From: a virus
Lineage: Duplodnaviria; Caudoviricetes
Virus record (IMG/VR): IMGVR_UViG_3300028588_000015
Coordinates: 161,548 to 225,547 of that record
Direction: 5' to 3' (one strand)
Length of the DNA: 64,000 nucleotides
How positions within the stretch are numbered: position 1 is the first letter of the stretch; every line of letters begins with the position of its first letter. The position numbers and the translations under genes were made by a program. Below the pieces are notes generated by a model, which saw only the letters and a program-made list of their open reading frames with translations, was not told the origin of the DNA and ran no database searches. This document shows positions 47,492-57,081 of this stretch, in pieces.

Positions 47492-48016
47492 ATGAGCACC
47501 GAAAACATCACCGAGATCAGCGACGTCGTTGTCAAAGAAACCGTCACCATGACCATCACCGCGCCGGACGACGGCCTGAATGACGAAGTGCGCCACATCG
47601 CCAAGGTCGCCGAAGACACCCTGAAGGGCAAGTTCGACATCAACGGCGTCGGCAAAGCGGACAAGGACACCTACGTGACCCAGATGCTGACCGACGGCCT
47701 GACCGAAGCCGAGATCACCCGCTTCACCGGCCACCACCGCAACGCCATGGCCGGCCTGGGTCTGGGCGCCGGCCTCGCTGCGTTCGCGTTCATGCAGGAA
47801 AACCCGGACGTCAACGTCGTGCGCGCGGACATCCCGACCGTCGGCAAAGACTACTACTCGGTCAAGGTCACCAAGCAACGCGACGTCGCCGGCAACACCA
47901 GCTACGGCCTGGTCCAAGTCTCGCACGAACTGCACGGCAGCGGCAAGGACGACCCGATGAATAAGGTCAAGTCGATCCTGGGCAACCACGCGCGCCAACT
48001 GTTCGCCAAGCTGTAA
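47492..48016 (+). CDS. Hypothetical protein with extreme C/G third-position bias, probably highly expressed
   Basis: AAGGAA RBS before ATG 47492; almost all codons end in C or G. Confidence 0.7.
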   Translation: MSTENITEISDVVVKETVTMTITAPDDGLNDEVRHIAKVAEDTLKGKFDINGVGKADKDTYVTQMLTDGLTEAEITRFTGHHRNAMAGLGLGAGLAAFAFMQENPDVNVVRADIPTVGKDYYSVKVTKQRDVAGNTSYGLVQVSHELHGSGKDDPMNKVKSILGNHARQLFAKL

Positions 48017-48028
48017 TTCGGCCGCCTT

Positions 48029-48078
48029 CGGCATAAAAGTAAAAACCGCGGTCCTTCGGGGCGGCGGTTTTTATGTCG
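48029..48078. terminator. Terminator flanked by CGGCATA and TATGTCG
   Basis: AAAAACCGC..TTCG..GCGGTTTTT. Confidence 0.75.
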
Positions 48079-48111
48079 TCTATTCTTTTTTTGTTGATTA
48101 GGAGAAAAATA

Positions 48112-48762
48112 ATGAATCTTCCCAATAGCCGATATCCCACGCAATTCGGCGGCCACTTCCCCGAAGGCGAGAAAATTGAAGTCGACGCTGAAGCCTTCCG
48201 CAAAATCCTCAACGCGCTTCTTTCCAGTCAAACGCACCATATTCTGGAACACATGGCCACACGGAATTTGCCGGATAGCGAAATCCGTACTCTCCAGATA
48301 AACATGGAGGTGCACCTGATCAAGCATGTTTTGAAAAACGGTTTGAATAGTGACGGCGACGCCCAAGCACTCGCTAACTTGGTTGCCCAAACAAAAGAAC
48401 GGGTGGAAAAAGATGCGGACGAAGCTTACGCAAAAAATCGTATTCAAATCGCCAGTATGCTCGACATCGCCGAAACGTACCCGAAATCGTTCCCCAGTGG
48501 CTTCAGTGAAGGCGAGATCGTGAAGAGGAAGGACGGCAAACCGTTCTTTCTCGGGGAAACAAAATATGTCGAAGACGCCGTCCTTGTAAGAAGCCAACCG
48601 GAACACAATCTTTTGTTTCTCGGTACTACGACAGACTTCAGCACGACATGGTCTGCACCCACTGAGCTTCTGAATGAAGTCGAGTCGACGGGCATCTTCC
48701 TCGATGCAGAAAGCATGCAGCATTTGCTGATCGCTTACGAAGTACTGGTCGGAAAGGAATAA
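48112..48762 (+). CDS. Hypothetical protein
   Basis: AGGAG RBS before ATG 48112. Confidence 0.65.
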   Translation: MNLPNSRYPTQFGGHFPEGEKIEVDAEAFRKILNALLSSQTHHILEHMATRNLPDSEIRTLQINMEVHLIKHVLKNGLNSDGDAQALANLVAQTKERVEKDADEAYAKNRIQIASMLDIAETYPKSFPSGFSEGEIVKRKDGKPFFLGETKYVEDAVLVRSQPEHNLLFLGTTTDFSTTWSAPTELLNEVESTGIFLDAESMQHLLIAYEVLVGKE

Positions 48763-48765
48763 ACC

Positions 48766-49011
48766 ATGACTGAAGAACCCGATGTCGATGCGCCTCAGGA
48801 ATTGATTGATGATATCTTGAAGCGCAGAAAGAACAATAAGCCGCAGTCTCCGTTTCACTTCGGCAAGATGGAATTCAAGCCGGAAATAATCGAAGTACTA
48901 CCCGTGAAGCGTAACGGCGGTAAGCCGTGGCGTGGCGAAGTCAAACCCAGGCATCTGCGGGAACAGGAACCCTACCGTCACCCTTTTCTGAACACCGACA
49001 GCCGTGACTAA
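48766..49011 (+). CDS. Small hypothetical protein
   Basis: 81 aa; AAGGA RBS. Confidence 0.55.
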   Translation: MTEEPDVDAPQELIDDILKRRKNNKPQSPFHFGKMEFKPEIIEVLPVKRNGGKPWRGEVKPRHLREQEPYRHPFLNTDSRD

Positions 49012-49423
49012 GCGTATCCTGATCTGGACCTGTCAAATGGCACGGCACCGTAGGCTCAAAGAGCTTGGGGTGCCTTTCCTCGATATCACCGCCATGTCCG
49101 GCTTACAGCATTTCGCACCAGAGATGCGGTATGTTCGGATGTACAAGAGTGGGACCATGTTAGAAGACGAATACACCCGTATCTATATCGACAAGATGCG
49201 GCGTTCGGTGCGGGACCACGCCAAGGCATGGGAAGACTTGGCGCAGTACGAAAAAGTCGCGGTGGCGTGTTACTGCCGAGTTGGGGTGTTTTGTCACCGT
49301 CATATCTGGGTGACCTTGGTGAAGAAGTATTTTGCAAGGAAAGGCATTGCTGTCATTGACATGGGGGAATTTACCTGCGATGACGATTTGAAAAAAGAAG
49401 TACCAGAAGTTGTAAACGAATAA
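49004..49423 (+). CDS. DUF488-like protein
   Basis: FAP....V..YK.G.....EY...Y...M and terminal CYC.....CHRH pattern. Confidence 0.6.
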   Translation: MTKRILIWTCQMARHRRLKELGVPFLDITAMSGLQHFAPEMRYVRMYKSGTMLEDEYTRIYIDKMRRSVRDHAKAWEDLAQYEKVAVACYCRVGVFCHRHIWVTLVKKYFARKGIAVIDMGEFTCDDDLKKEVPEVVNE

Positions 49424-49446
49424 CCAATTTTAAGAAAGAGTAAATC

Positions 49447-49746
49447 ATGAACGATGATGGCTTTAAATTGTTTGCGTTATCTCATCTCTTAATCCTCGTT
49501 GCAGGATTATGGTGTTTCGTCACATTCTCAATCGAAGGCACCTATACGGACGAATCAATTTTGATTGATCAACAAATCGAGCATCGTTTCAACCAACCCT
49601 ACAAAGTCGTCCTGTTAAAAACATCAGTATTCGTATTAACGCTACTCAGTGGACCCTTTTGTGGCTTTACCATTAGTTGCTTGGCCAAAAAAGCTAAGCG
49701 ATATTTGCAATTTCACAACGTAAGAATAAGCATATTTTTACAATAA
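49447..49746 (+). CDS. Two-TM membrane protein in an AT-rich islet
   Basis: Hydrophobic LFALSHLLILVAGLWCFVTF and VFVLTLLSGPFCGFTISCL. Confidence 0.55.
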   Translation: MNDDGFKLFALSHLLILVAGLWCFVTFSIEGTYTDESILIDQQIEHRFNQPYKVVLLKTSVFVLTLLSGPFCGFTISCLAKKAKRYLQFHNVRISIFLQ

Positions 49747-49801
49747 AGAATTGAAAGGAAAAGAAATCGACACCGATCTCGACAACATAAAAGGAGAATA
49801 G

Positions 49802-50212
49802 ATGTATTTACCAATTGCTATTCACAAAGACCCCAATAGCAGCTACGGAGTGGCAATCCCCGATGTAGTAGGCTGTTTCTCGGGAGGTACTACCATCGAA
49901 GAGGCAATGGAGAATGCGCAGAAAGCAGTCTACGCGCATCTCGCTGCCGCCGAAGCCGTAGGAATACCCTTCGAAGTCAAAGCATCTTCGGTTCAGGAGT
50001 TAATGGAAAAAGAACCGAAAGCATATGCTGGGGCAATGTGGGCTTACATCAGAATTGACTTGGCAGAAATGAATTCAAAAACGGCCCGTATTAACGTTTC
50101 GGCCAATAGTCAAGCAATTGAAAGGATTGATAACTATCTGAAGAATCGTCCTGAAAATCGCAGCGAGTTTTTGATTCAGTCCGCACTCGCCATTATCGAT
50201 AAATCGGCATAA
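49802..50212 (+). CDS. hicB: HicB-like antitoxin with C-terminal ribbon-helix-helix domain
   Basis: YGVAIPDVVGCFSGG.TIEEAMENAQKAV is the HicB N-terminal fold; RINVS......ID.......RSEFL is RHH-like. Confidence 0.85.
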   Translation: MYLPIAIHKDPNSSYGVAIPDVVGCFSGGTTIEEAMENAQKAVYAHLAAAEAVGIPFEVKASSVQELMEKEPKAYAGAMWAYIRIDLAEMNSKTARINVSANSQAIERIDNYLKNRPENRSEFLIQSALAIIDKSA

Positions 50213-50258
50213 AGGAAAATAAAAGCCACACCCAGTTACGGGTGTGGCTTTTATGCCG
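50205..50258. terminator. Bidirectional terminator flanked by CGGCATA / TATGCCG
   Basis: TAAAAGCCACACCC-N6-GGGTGTGGCTTTTA between convergent genes. Confidence 0.85.
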
Positions 50259-50293
50259 CGAACTTAAGGAGCCGAGGCTCCTTTTTCTTTGGC

Positions 50294-51169
50294 TTAGAAA
50301 CGAACGGCTTGGGCGCCCAGCTGCTCGACGTTGGCCTTGTAGCCGGCCGCAGCCGCTTGCACGGCAGCGTCGATCTGCGAGACGAACGCCGGACGGTTCC
50401 ACGGGTTCGCGCCACTGATCTGTACGCTTTGCAGGACTTCACGGGCCAGGTTGTTCACGCCTTGGCCTTGCTGAGTCAGCGCGGCGAACTGGATGCTGAC
50501 CATCTTCTGCTCGGCCGCTTGGGTGAGGTCGCGCTTGGCGGTGATCTCGCCCGTGCTCTTCGGCCAGAAGTTGGCGACCAGGTACGCCTGCACCGGGTTC
50601 AGCATGGTGGCGTCCGGTTCCACGAACAGTACCGTACCCGCATACAGATCGGCCAGGTGGTCGGTCGGACGGGTGATGCCGGTCATGGTCATGATGTCCG
50701 GGTAGCCCGTCTGCGGATTGATCATGAACGTGCGCACGAAGGTACGCCAGAAGTTGGCGATCGACATGTTGTACTTCTCGGGCCACTCGCCTTGCGGTTG
50801 GGTCCGCGCCTCGGTGGCTTTCGTGAAGTCTTCCATCATCTGGCCCGAACCACCGACCGCGTTCTCGATGACTTCCAGTTCGTAACCGCCTTGGAAGCCG
50901 GTCCACGATTGGCAGTGCAGTTCGATCAGGGCCTTGTAGGCGATGATCCAGGCACGCTTGTCGGCGTCCGGCAGCAGGTCGAATGCTTTCGGATACTCGA
51001 TCACGAACGAGATCAGGTTCTTCTGGACGTACGCTTGCGTGCTGATCCATTGGGTGAAGTCCGGCGACAGACCGTTCATGCCGCCGTATGCGAGGTTCAG
51101 GGATTGGTTGAGAATCCCCAGCTGCGGGCCGGAGCCCGGTTTCATCAGGGTGTCTGCGAAGCGGCTCAT
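50294..51169 (-). CDS. Tail tube protein (phiKZ gp30-like)
   Basis: 291 aa, directly downstream of the sheath, strong codon bias. Confidence 0.8.
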   Translation of the reverse strand: MSRFADTLMKPGSGPQLGILNQSLNLAYGGMNGLSPDFTQWISTQAYVQKNLISFVIEYPKAFDLLPDADKRAWIIAYKALIELHCQSWTGFQGGYELEVIENAVGGSGQMMEDFTKATEARTQPQGEWPEKYNMSIANFWRTFVRTFMINPQTGYPDIMTMTGITRPTDHLADLYAGTVLFVEPDATMLNPVQAYLVANFWPKSTGEITAKRDLTQAAEQKMVSIQFAALTQQGQGVNNLAREVLQSVQISGANPWNRPAFVSQIDAAVQAAAAGYKANVEQLGAQAVRF

Positions 51170-51170
51170 A

Positions 51171-53252
51171 TTAGGCTACCATGTCCTCGATGCGTTGACC
51201 TTCGATGGACAGCGTCTGCACCGTCTTCATGCCAGGGGCACCGATGGTGATTTTCGTCGTCCAGCTGTAACCGCGCTTCTCGTCGAAGGCGGTGATGTAG
51301 GCCTTGGGTTGGATGATGAAGCGGTTGTCGTAGCGACCCGCGATCCGGTTCGTCATGTACTTGTTGACTTCCGTGACGAATTCCAGATTGGACAGGTCCG
51401 AACGACCGCTGAACTTGCGGCGGGTTTCTTCGCCGATCATTTGCAGGTCGCAGATGGCCAACATCGTGGTCACCGAGTTCAGCACCGAGTCATCGCGGTC
51501 GTACACCGTCTGGAACGCTTCGATGTAGTACTGCGAACGGTCGTACGACGCCGGGGTGATGAGGCCCACGACCCAATTGGCGTCGCGCGTGTCGTCGCTG
51601 CGGGCGTTGACGTTCAGGTTGGTGAACAGCTTGATGTCGCGACCTTCGTCGACGTCAAAGCGGCTGCCCGACTTCCAGTTGCCGTCAGCGGCGCCAGTGT
51701 AGCTCGACACCATGTCCAGCAGTTCGAGGGTCAGCGGCAAGTCCTTGCGGATCGCGCTGCCGATGTAACGACCCGAACCGCCCATCAGTACAGCGCGGAA
51801 GCAACCGGTACCGAAGTACTCGGAGTCCGGGTACATCTGGACGTGTGCCAGCAGCGTGGTGGCCATGGCGGTTTCTTCCGCCGCCGTCAGTGGCTTGGTG
51901 CCGAAGATATGCGTGGCGAGTGCCACCCAGGTGTTCTTGCGTTGGGCCAAGATTTCACACAGGGCCTTCTTGGTGTTCAGCGAGAAACCGGTGTCGTAGA
52001 TGGACGTGTATGGGTACTTGGCCATGTCCTTCCACGGGCTCTTCGGGTCAGCGAATTGCGCGCAGGCCGCCGCCACGAGGGCGTCGTAGGTGGCGTTGGT
52101 CATGGTGCCATCGCTGCCGCCAGCCGCCATCAGGTTGCTGTTTTCCGACAGACGCACCGCGCCGCCAGTGCCGTTGATGATCTGGCAGGTGTGGTACGGT
52201 GCCCCTTGGCTGCTGGTGGCGCCGAACAGGTTGAAGCGGTATTCTTCACCAGCTTCGCCGGTGAAGTCCGAGAACTCATCGCGCTTGGCCACTTCCTTGG
52301 CATACAGGTCGGCCAGCAGGTCGGCGATCTGGTCGTCATAGACGTGGATTTCGCCGAACGGACCGTATTGGACGGTGCCGGCCGCGCTGTCGATGTTTTG
52401 GTAGTTCTCGGTGAAGATGTCGCCAAGGTAGTACTCCTTGTCGTTGGTGCGGTCGAATGCACCCGGCTTCAGAGAGAAATCGATGAACTGGGCGCCGGTG
52501 AGCGTCGTGGCGATTTTCGGCGACGACAGTTCGTTGGCACGTTGGACCAGGGCCAGACGGAACGGGTAGAAACCTTCGTTCTTGACGACCGTGGCGTCCA
52601 TCGGGTTTCGGCCGCCCAGCGTCGGTGCCCACAGGCGCACGCCGTTGTTGTTGCCGTGGGCACCGAAGGTCGGGACGCGCAGGTCCATGATCGGGATACG
52701 CACCGATTGGTTTTCGTCGTCGTCCGTCTGGTCGCCTGCTTGTTGCACGGCCAGGCCGAAGGTGTCAGCACCGTCGACACCTGGTTGCACGGTTTCGAGT
52801 AGGAACTTGATCTTGGAGCCATCGATCGGGACGCCGGCGGCCACAGGCACGCCATTGACGAGCTTGATGCTGCCATCGGCGTTGCGTTGGTAGTCCTGGA
52901 CTTTGGTGACCAGCACGTCCGCCAACAGGCGCACGGAAGCTGGCGGTGCCGCATCTTCAGGTTGGAGACGCAGCATGAAAAATGCGTTGGCATTCTTCAT
53001 GGCGCCGTTGGCGGTTTCAGTCCCGTGGGTGGCGTACTTTTTGCGCATGTCGAAGGTGTCGACGCCGAAAATCGACTTCGCCGTGGCGGCGTCGACAAAC
53101 GTCAGATCCGTCGGACCTTTCTGCGCAAAGAGGGGTACAACAGGGCAATGCTGGGGACGCGCTTCCTGTACCGCCGGCTGCTGCGCGGTACTGGCGTCAT
53201 CCGTACCGAGCATTACCGACCGGGGAGTGCCGCGGATAATCGTTTCCGACAT
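51171..53252 (-). CDS. Contractile tail sheath protein (phiKZ gp29-like)
   Basis: 693 aa; P..AQKGP N-terminal sheath motif, YDTGF, AFQTVY..D.SVLN C-terminal pattern; sheath-tube order. Confidence 0.85.
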   Translation of the reverse strand: MSETIIRGTPRSVMLGTDDASTAQQPAVQEARPQHCPVVPLFAQKGPTDLTFVDAATAKSIFGVDTFDMRKKYATHGTETANGAMKNANAFFMLRLQPEDAAPPASVRLLADVLVTKVQDYQRNADGSIKLVNGVPVAAGVPIDGSKIKFLLETVQPGVDGADTFGLAVQQAGDQTDDDENQSVRIPIMDLRVPTFGAHGNNNGVRLWAPTLGGRNPMDATVVKNEGFYPFRLALVQRANELSSPKIATTLTGAQFIDFSLKPGAFDRTNDKEYYLGDIFTENYQNIDSAAGTVQYGPFGEIHVYDDQIADLLADLYAKEVAKRDEFSDFTGEAGEEYRFNLFGATSSQGAPYHTCQIINGTGGAVRLSENSNLMAAGGSDGTMTNATYDALVAAACAQFADPKSPWKDMAKYPYTSIYDTGFSLNTKKALCEILAQRKNTWVALATHIFGTKPLTAAEETAMATTLLAHVQMYPDSEYFGTGCFRAVLMGGSGRYIGSAIRKDLPLTLELLDMVSSYTGAADGNWKSGSRFDVDEGRDIKLFTNLNVNARSDDTRDANWVVGLITPASYDRSQYYIEAFQTVYDRDDSVLNSVTTMLAICDLQMIGEETRRKFSGRSDLSNLEFVTEVNKYMTNRIAGRYDNRFIIQPKAYITAFDEKRGYSWTTKITIGAPGMKTVQTLSIEGQRIEDMVA

Positions 53253-53471
53253 GGTGGTATCCTGTCACTGGTGAATAAATGGTATGGTTTCTGGGACGAT
53301 GCCTTGCATCATAATAATGTAATTTTTTACTTCGGTTACTGCGAGTAATAAAAAGCATTCGCCCGGTAAAATAAATAGGCCGAAAACGTATTTATTTAAC
53401 ATAGGATGATGCAAGAGCGTGGGCATGTTGCCCTTTCTTGTGCCCCTTCTCTTTTTACTTAGGAATGCATC

Positions 53472-54419
53472 ATGACGATTTACCATACTGCTTACGACAC
53501 GACGCAATGCGAAGGCTTCGGCCCGGGCGTGAATAAAACACAACAACAGATGCAAGCAGCCATCGCCATGGGCGCGCTGATCTACGCCTCACCTGATATG
53601 CTGCTTGTCTACGACGGTGATAACTACCGTAATGCGATCGCGGGTTTTACCCATCCGATGCGGGTATCGAACAAGCCTTCGCAAGAAAAAGGTGACCGCC
53701 AAGCACTGGCCATCGATGTGCGTCCGTTCGGTAGCTGGAGCCGCAACCAAAACAAATTCGTCGTGCGCGACGAATCGCAAATGATCATGGCACTCCTGCG
53801 GCTGCGCTTGAGTTCGATCTGGTTGACCGAAGAACGGTCGTATCTGCGCAACGTCTCGCCGATCCCGATCAAGATGTTCGCCAGCTGGATCATGGAGTCC
53901 CTGGCCAACAAGTTCGCCCTCGAACCACTCGAGCGCATGAACGTGTCGATTTTGGCGGGTGTTCTATACCTGTCCAACTTCAGTGACACCACCGAACTGG
54001 ACGAAAACGAGCGCACCCGCTTGGCGGCATCGCTCAGCCGTGACCTCGCCATTGATGTCAAGGAAATCCTGCCGGTGGTTGACCAGTACCCGAGCCTTGC
54101 TGGCGTCGACGCTTTCTGCAAAGCGGCCAGTGCAATGTGCGGTGTGCGTCTGGCTGAACTGAATCGCGGCCTCTTGTACGCGTCGCTGGGTGGCTCGTGG
54201 TTCGGTTATAACTTCAAAGAAGTGCTCGCGGTTGCATTGGAACACCCGCCGACCTGGCTGGCCATCGTCTACACAGCGGGTACCGACCGGTCGTATCGCA
54301 ACACGCGCCTGTTCAAGACGTTTGAGAACAACAGCCGCGGCGGTACCGACGACCTGTTCAAAAATTCACTGAAGCGCTTGGTGGACAACCTGGCACCGCT
54401 CACCACCGCCGACCTCTAA
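53472..54419 (+). CDS. Conserved virion/baseplate protein (phiKZ gp28-like)
   Basis: 315 aa; syntenic position divergent from the sheath. Confidence 0.55.
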   Translation: MTIYHTAYDTTQCEGFGPGVNKTQQQMQAAIAMGALIYASPDMLLVYDGDNYRNAIAGFTHPMRVSNKPSQEKGDRQALAIDVRPFGSWSRNQNKFVVRDESQMIMALLRLRLSSIWLTEERSYLRNVSPIPIKMFASWIMESLANKFALEPLERMNVSILAGVLYLSNFSDTTELDENERTRLAASLSRDLAIDVKEILPVVDQYPSLAGVDAFCKAASAMCGVRLAELNRGLLYASLGGSWFGYNFKEVLAVALEHPPTWLAIVYTAGTDRSYRNTRLFKTFENNSRGGTDDLFKNSLKRLVDNLAPLTTADL

Positions 54420-54441
54420 ACTCCAGTCTCCAGTCAATCCG

Positions 54442-54474
54442 GCCACTCTGTCGCCTTAGCCGCGACAGAGTGGC
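54442..54474 (+). terminator. Intrinsic terminator
   Basis: GCCACTCTGTCGC-N7-GCGACAGAGTGGC then TATTCTTTT. Confidence 0.7.
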
Positions 54475-54497
54475 TATTCTTTTGTCAAAGGTTCGTC

Positions 54498-57071
54498 ATG
54501 AGTTTAGACTATATCGTCAATCATGCCATTCTGAATGCATGGTGCAATCCGAAACAGGATTTGCAATCCATCGTCAAACCGAAGCGCATCACGCGCAAGA
54601 TCGGCGTATGGGGTGACTTCGACGCCGGCAAGATCAATTACCTGTTGCCTGACAAGACCAGCCGGTTCCATGTGTTTCAGGTTGGCCAATTGAGTCCAGC
54701 ACTGATGGGACTGATGGAAACGAATGGCCTGTGGTTCAACGTGGCGGACACCTGCCACAAGAAGAAGCTGGTCGTGGACATTTATAGTCAGTTCGGTATC
54801 GAGTTTCCGCGCACCCAAACGTGGTACATGGTAACGCGCAACCGTAACTTGATCTTCGCGATTAAGGAAGTACCGAGTATTTCGGTGAGTCTGCGCGAGG
54901 TTGACATCTTCTTGCGGGTCTACACCAACGCTTTCTTCCAAAGCCGCCGTGCCGGTATCAACGTCGACGACATCAAAGTCACGGGGCAGGCAATCAGTAC
55001 CACCGACGACGTTCTGAAGTTGCAAAACATGCTTACCGCATGGCAAACACTGCCGGGTGTGGCCTACGCCTTTGTGAATGGCTATAAAGTTTCCCACGTG
55101 ACCATGTTCTCGGCCAAAGTGGGCGATTACGTCGAACTGGTGTACGACAGTTCTGTTGAGCGCATTGTTGATTTCCCGCTAAAGGATCTGAAAGCGTTCA
55201 ACAGCACCCTCGACAAAAAAGTCAAGTACCTGTTGCATTACCCGGGCCAAGGCTCGGGGACGATCGACTACCATGACGACATCGATTTCTTTTTGGTGCG
55301 GCGTAATCCCCGCAATGGCCGGCACCGGGGCGTGTACTACCACCGCAATGCACAACAAGCGGATGCAGTGCGGATGGTGACCCACAAAGATTACGCGATC
55401 CCGGTCGATTACATCGATGCGTACTTGGATTCCCAGACGGCGTGGAATTTTGAAGAAGTTTTGCTGCGCATGCATGTACGCCAATCAGGTTACCACCGCC
55501 CCCTGATCGACGAAGCCAACCGCATCAAAGAACTGTACAAGATGAAAGATGCAGACATCGCTGAAGCCCTGCTCTCGGTCGATGCAGTCGTACCTAACTG
55601 GACGGCGGCGACACTGGAAGCGTCAGCCTACGCAGAAGTCATGCGTTCGCCCACGGCCAACATGAGCCCACGTCTGGTTCAGGATGCCTATGGCTACAAC
55701 GCCATCAGCAAGCTGCTGTGCGACAGTCCGCTGTTCATAGTGGTCAATTCGGGGCAACGTACGGTGAACCTGCCGTACGGCCTGCAAGTTCGCTGCGGTG
55801 CGTATGAGTACGATGCCAGTGGGTTCTTGCTCGGTTATTACCAACACACCCAAGGCGCGCTGTATTCGGCGCGCAACAAGAATACGCGCTTGGTGGAATT
55901 CGTGGCCGGGATTCTTAGCACTCAACTGGAAGAAACCTACGGGGCACAGGAAGTCGAAATCGATGCCGCCGTCGATTACCGTTTCTACACCTGCGGCATC
56001 GAGTACGACGGCACGATCAATAACAAATGGGTCGATGTCACGGATACGGCGTTGTACGCTATCGTGGACAACAAGGTGACGTGGTTCACCAATCCCGCGA
56101 CGACCTACACCTTGGTGCGTGGTAACAGTCGGTTCTTGGCGTATAGCCTTAATCTCGACAACAGCGATGGCTTGGTGCGCTTTTCGTTGACGCATCTCGC
56201 CATGCGCGGCGGAACGCTTGGTAACCACGTGATGCAAATCCCGATGGGTGAATTGGATGTTTTTATGAATGGCCGCTCCTTGATCAAGGATGTCGACTAC
56301 TATGTGGACTTCCCCGTGGCCGTGGTCACCAACAAAGCTTATCTGAGTGCAGGTACCACCCAGCACATCGATGTGCGATTCACCGGCTTTTGTCACAGCG
56401 ACATGAGCATGGAACGTTTTGATGAGAATGGTTTCATCGATCACGGCCTACTCTCGTCGAACAACCGTTTCGACATTCGGGACGACAAGATTCAGCGCAT
56501 CACGGCGGGTGGTGCGCTGTACGAGCGACAGGAACTGTTGTTTGCAGAGGACGATCTAGGCGTGCGGGTGCCGGATGCTCGCAATGGCTTACCGTATTCG
56601 ATTCGTGACGTGATCGCACCACTGCGCGGTATTGCAGCGGACGACACGTACACCCTGCGCGCCAAGTCAGTAGCGACGGACAAAGTCGTCAGAAATTACC
56701 TCACCCAGAAGTTGCCACAGCAAACGTTCAATACACCGAACGCCATCAAGGATTTGTATCCGGTCTTCAGCCCGTTCTGTGCCAAGATTTTGTTTGACCT
56801 CAAGAACGGCAACCTGAATGACCCGCGCTTGAAGGCGTTTTACAGCGACAGCGATGTCTATGACATATGCGAGCCGTACGAAGCGCTGCTCAAATGCGAC
56901 CCGACGCAAGATGGGTTGCAGCCGGACCTCAACTACGTGGCCGTTCACCCTCACCAGCTTAACACCGTGGTGGATGTCGACATCTACGGTTACAAATTCC
57001 TCACCCGTGTGGTGAAACTGTATCTGAAGGGCCGTGTGAACTTGTCGCAGTTCATCCGCCTTTCGGCTTAA
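54498..57071 (+). CDS. Virion structural/baseplate protein (phiKZ gp27-like)
   Basis: 857 aa; synteny in the terminase-sheath block. Confidence 0.6.
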   Translation: MSLDYIVNHAILNAWCNPKQDLQSIVKPKRITRKIGVWGDFDAGKINYLLPDKTSRFHVFQVGQLSPALMGLMETNGLWFNVADTCHKKKLVVDIYSQFGIEFPRTQTWYMVTRNRNLIFAIKEVPSISVSLREVDIFLRVYTNAFFQSRRAGINVDDIKVTGQAISTTDDVLKLQNMLTAWQTLPGVAYAFVNGYKVSHVTMFSAKVGDYVELVYDSSVERIVDFPLKDLKAFNSTLDKKVKYLLHYPGQGSGTIDYHDDIDFFLVRRNPRNGRHRGVYYHRNAQQADAVRMVTHKDYAIPVDYIDAYLDSQTAWNFEEVLLRMHVRQSGYHRPLIDEANRIKELYKMKDADIAEALLSVDAVVPNWTAATLEASAYAEVMRSPTANMSPRLVQDAYGYNAISKLLCDSPLFIVVNSGQRTVNLPYGLQVRCGAYEYDASGFLLGYYQHTQGALYSARNKNTRLVEFVAGILSTQLEETYGAQEVEIDAAVDYRFYTCGIEYDGTINNKWVDVTDTALYAIVDNKVTWFTNPATTYTLVRGNSRFLAYSLNLDNSDGLVRFSLTHLAMRGGTLGNHVMQIPMGELDVFMNGRSLIKDVDYYVDFPVAVVTNKAYLSAGTTQHIDVRFTGFCHSDMSMERFDENGFIDHGLLSSNNRFDIRDDKIQRITAGGALYERQELLFAEDDLGVRVPDARNGLPYSIRDVIAPLRGIAADDTYTLRAKSVATDKVVRNYLTQKLPQQTFNTPNAIKDLYPVFSPFCAKILFDLKNGNLNDPRLKAFYSDSDVYDICEPYEALLKCDPTQDGLQPDLNYVAVHPHQLNTVVDVDIYGYKFLTRVVKLYLKGRVNLSQFIRLSA

Positions 57072-57081
57072 TGGAGAAACT

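Noticed and set aside
49424-49801. A hicA toxin gene below the ORF-track size cut-off
   Set aside because: Plus-strand inspection showed no HicA-like basic ORF with a GSH motif; the space is occupied by a membrane-protein ORF.
50943-52802. 619-aa plus-strand ORF opposite the tail sheath
   Set aside because: Shadow ORF produced by the strong C/G third-position bias of the sheath gene; no RBS and no recognisable motifs.
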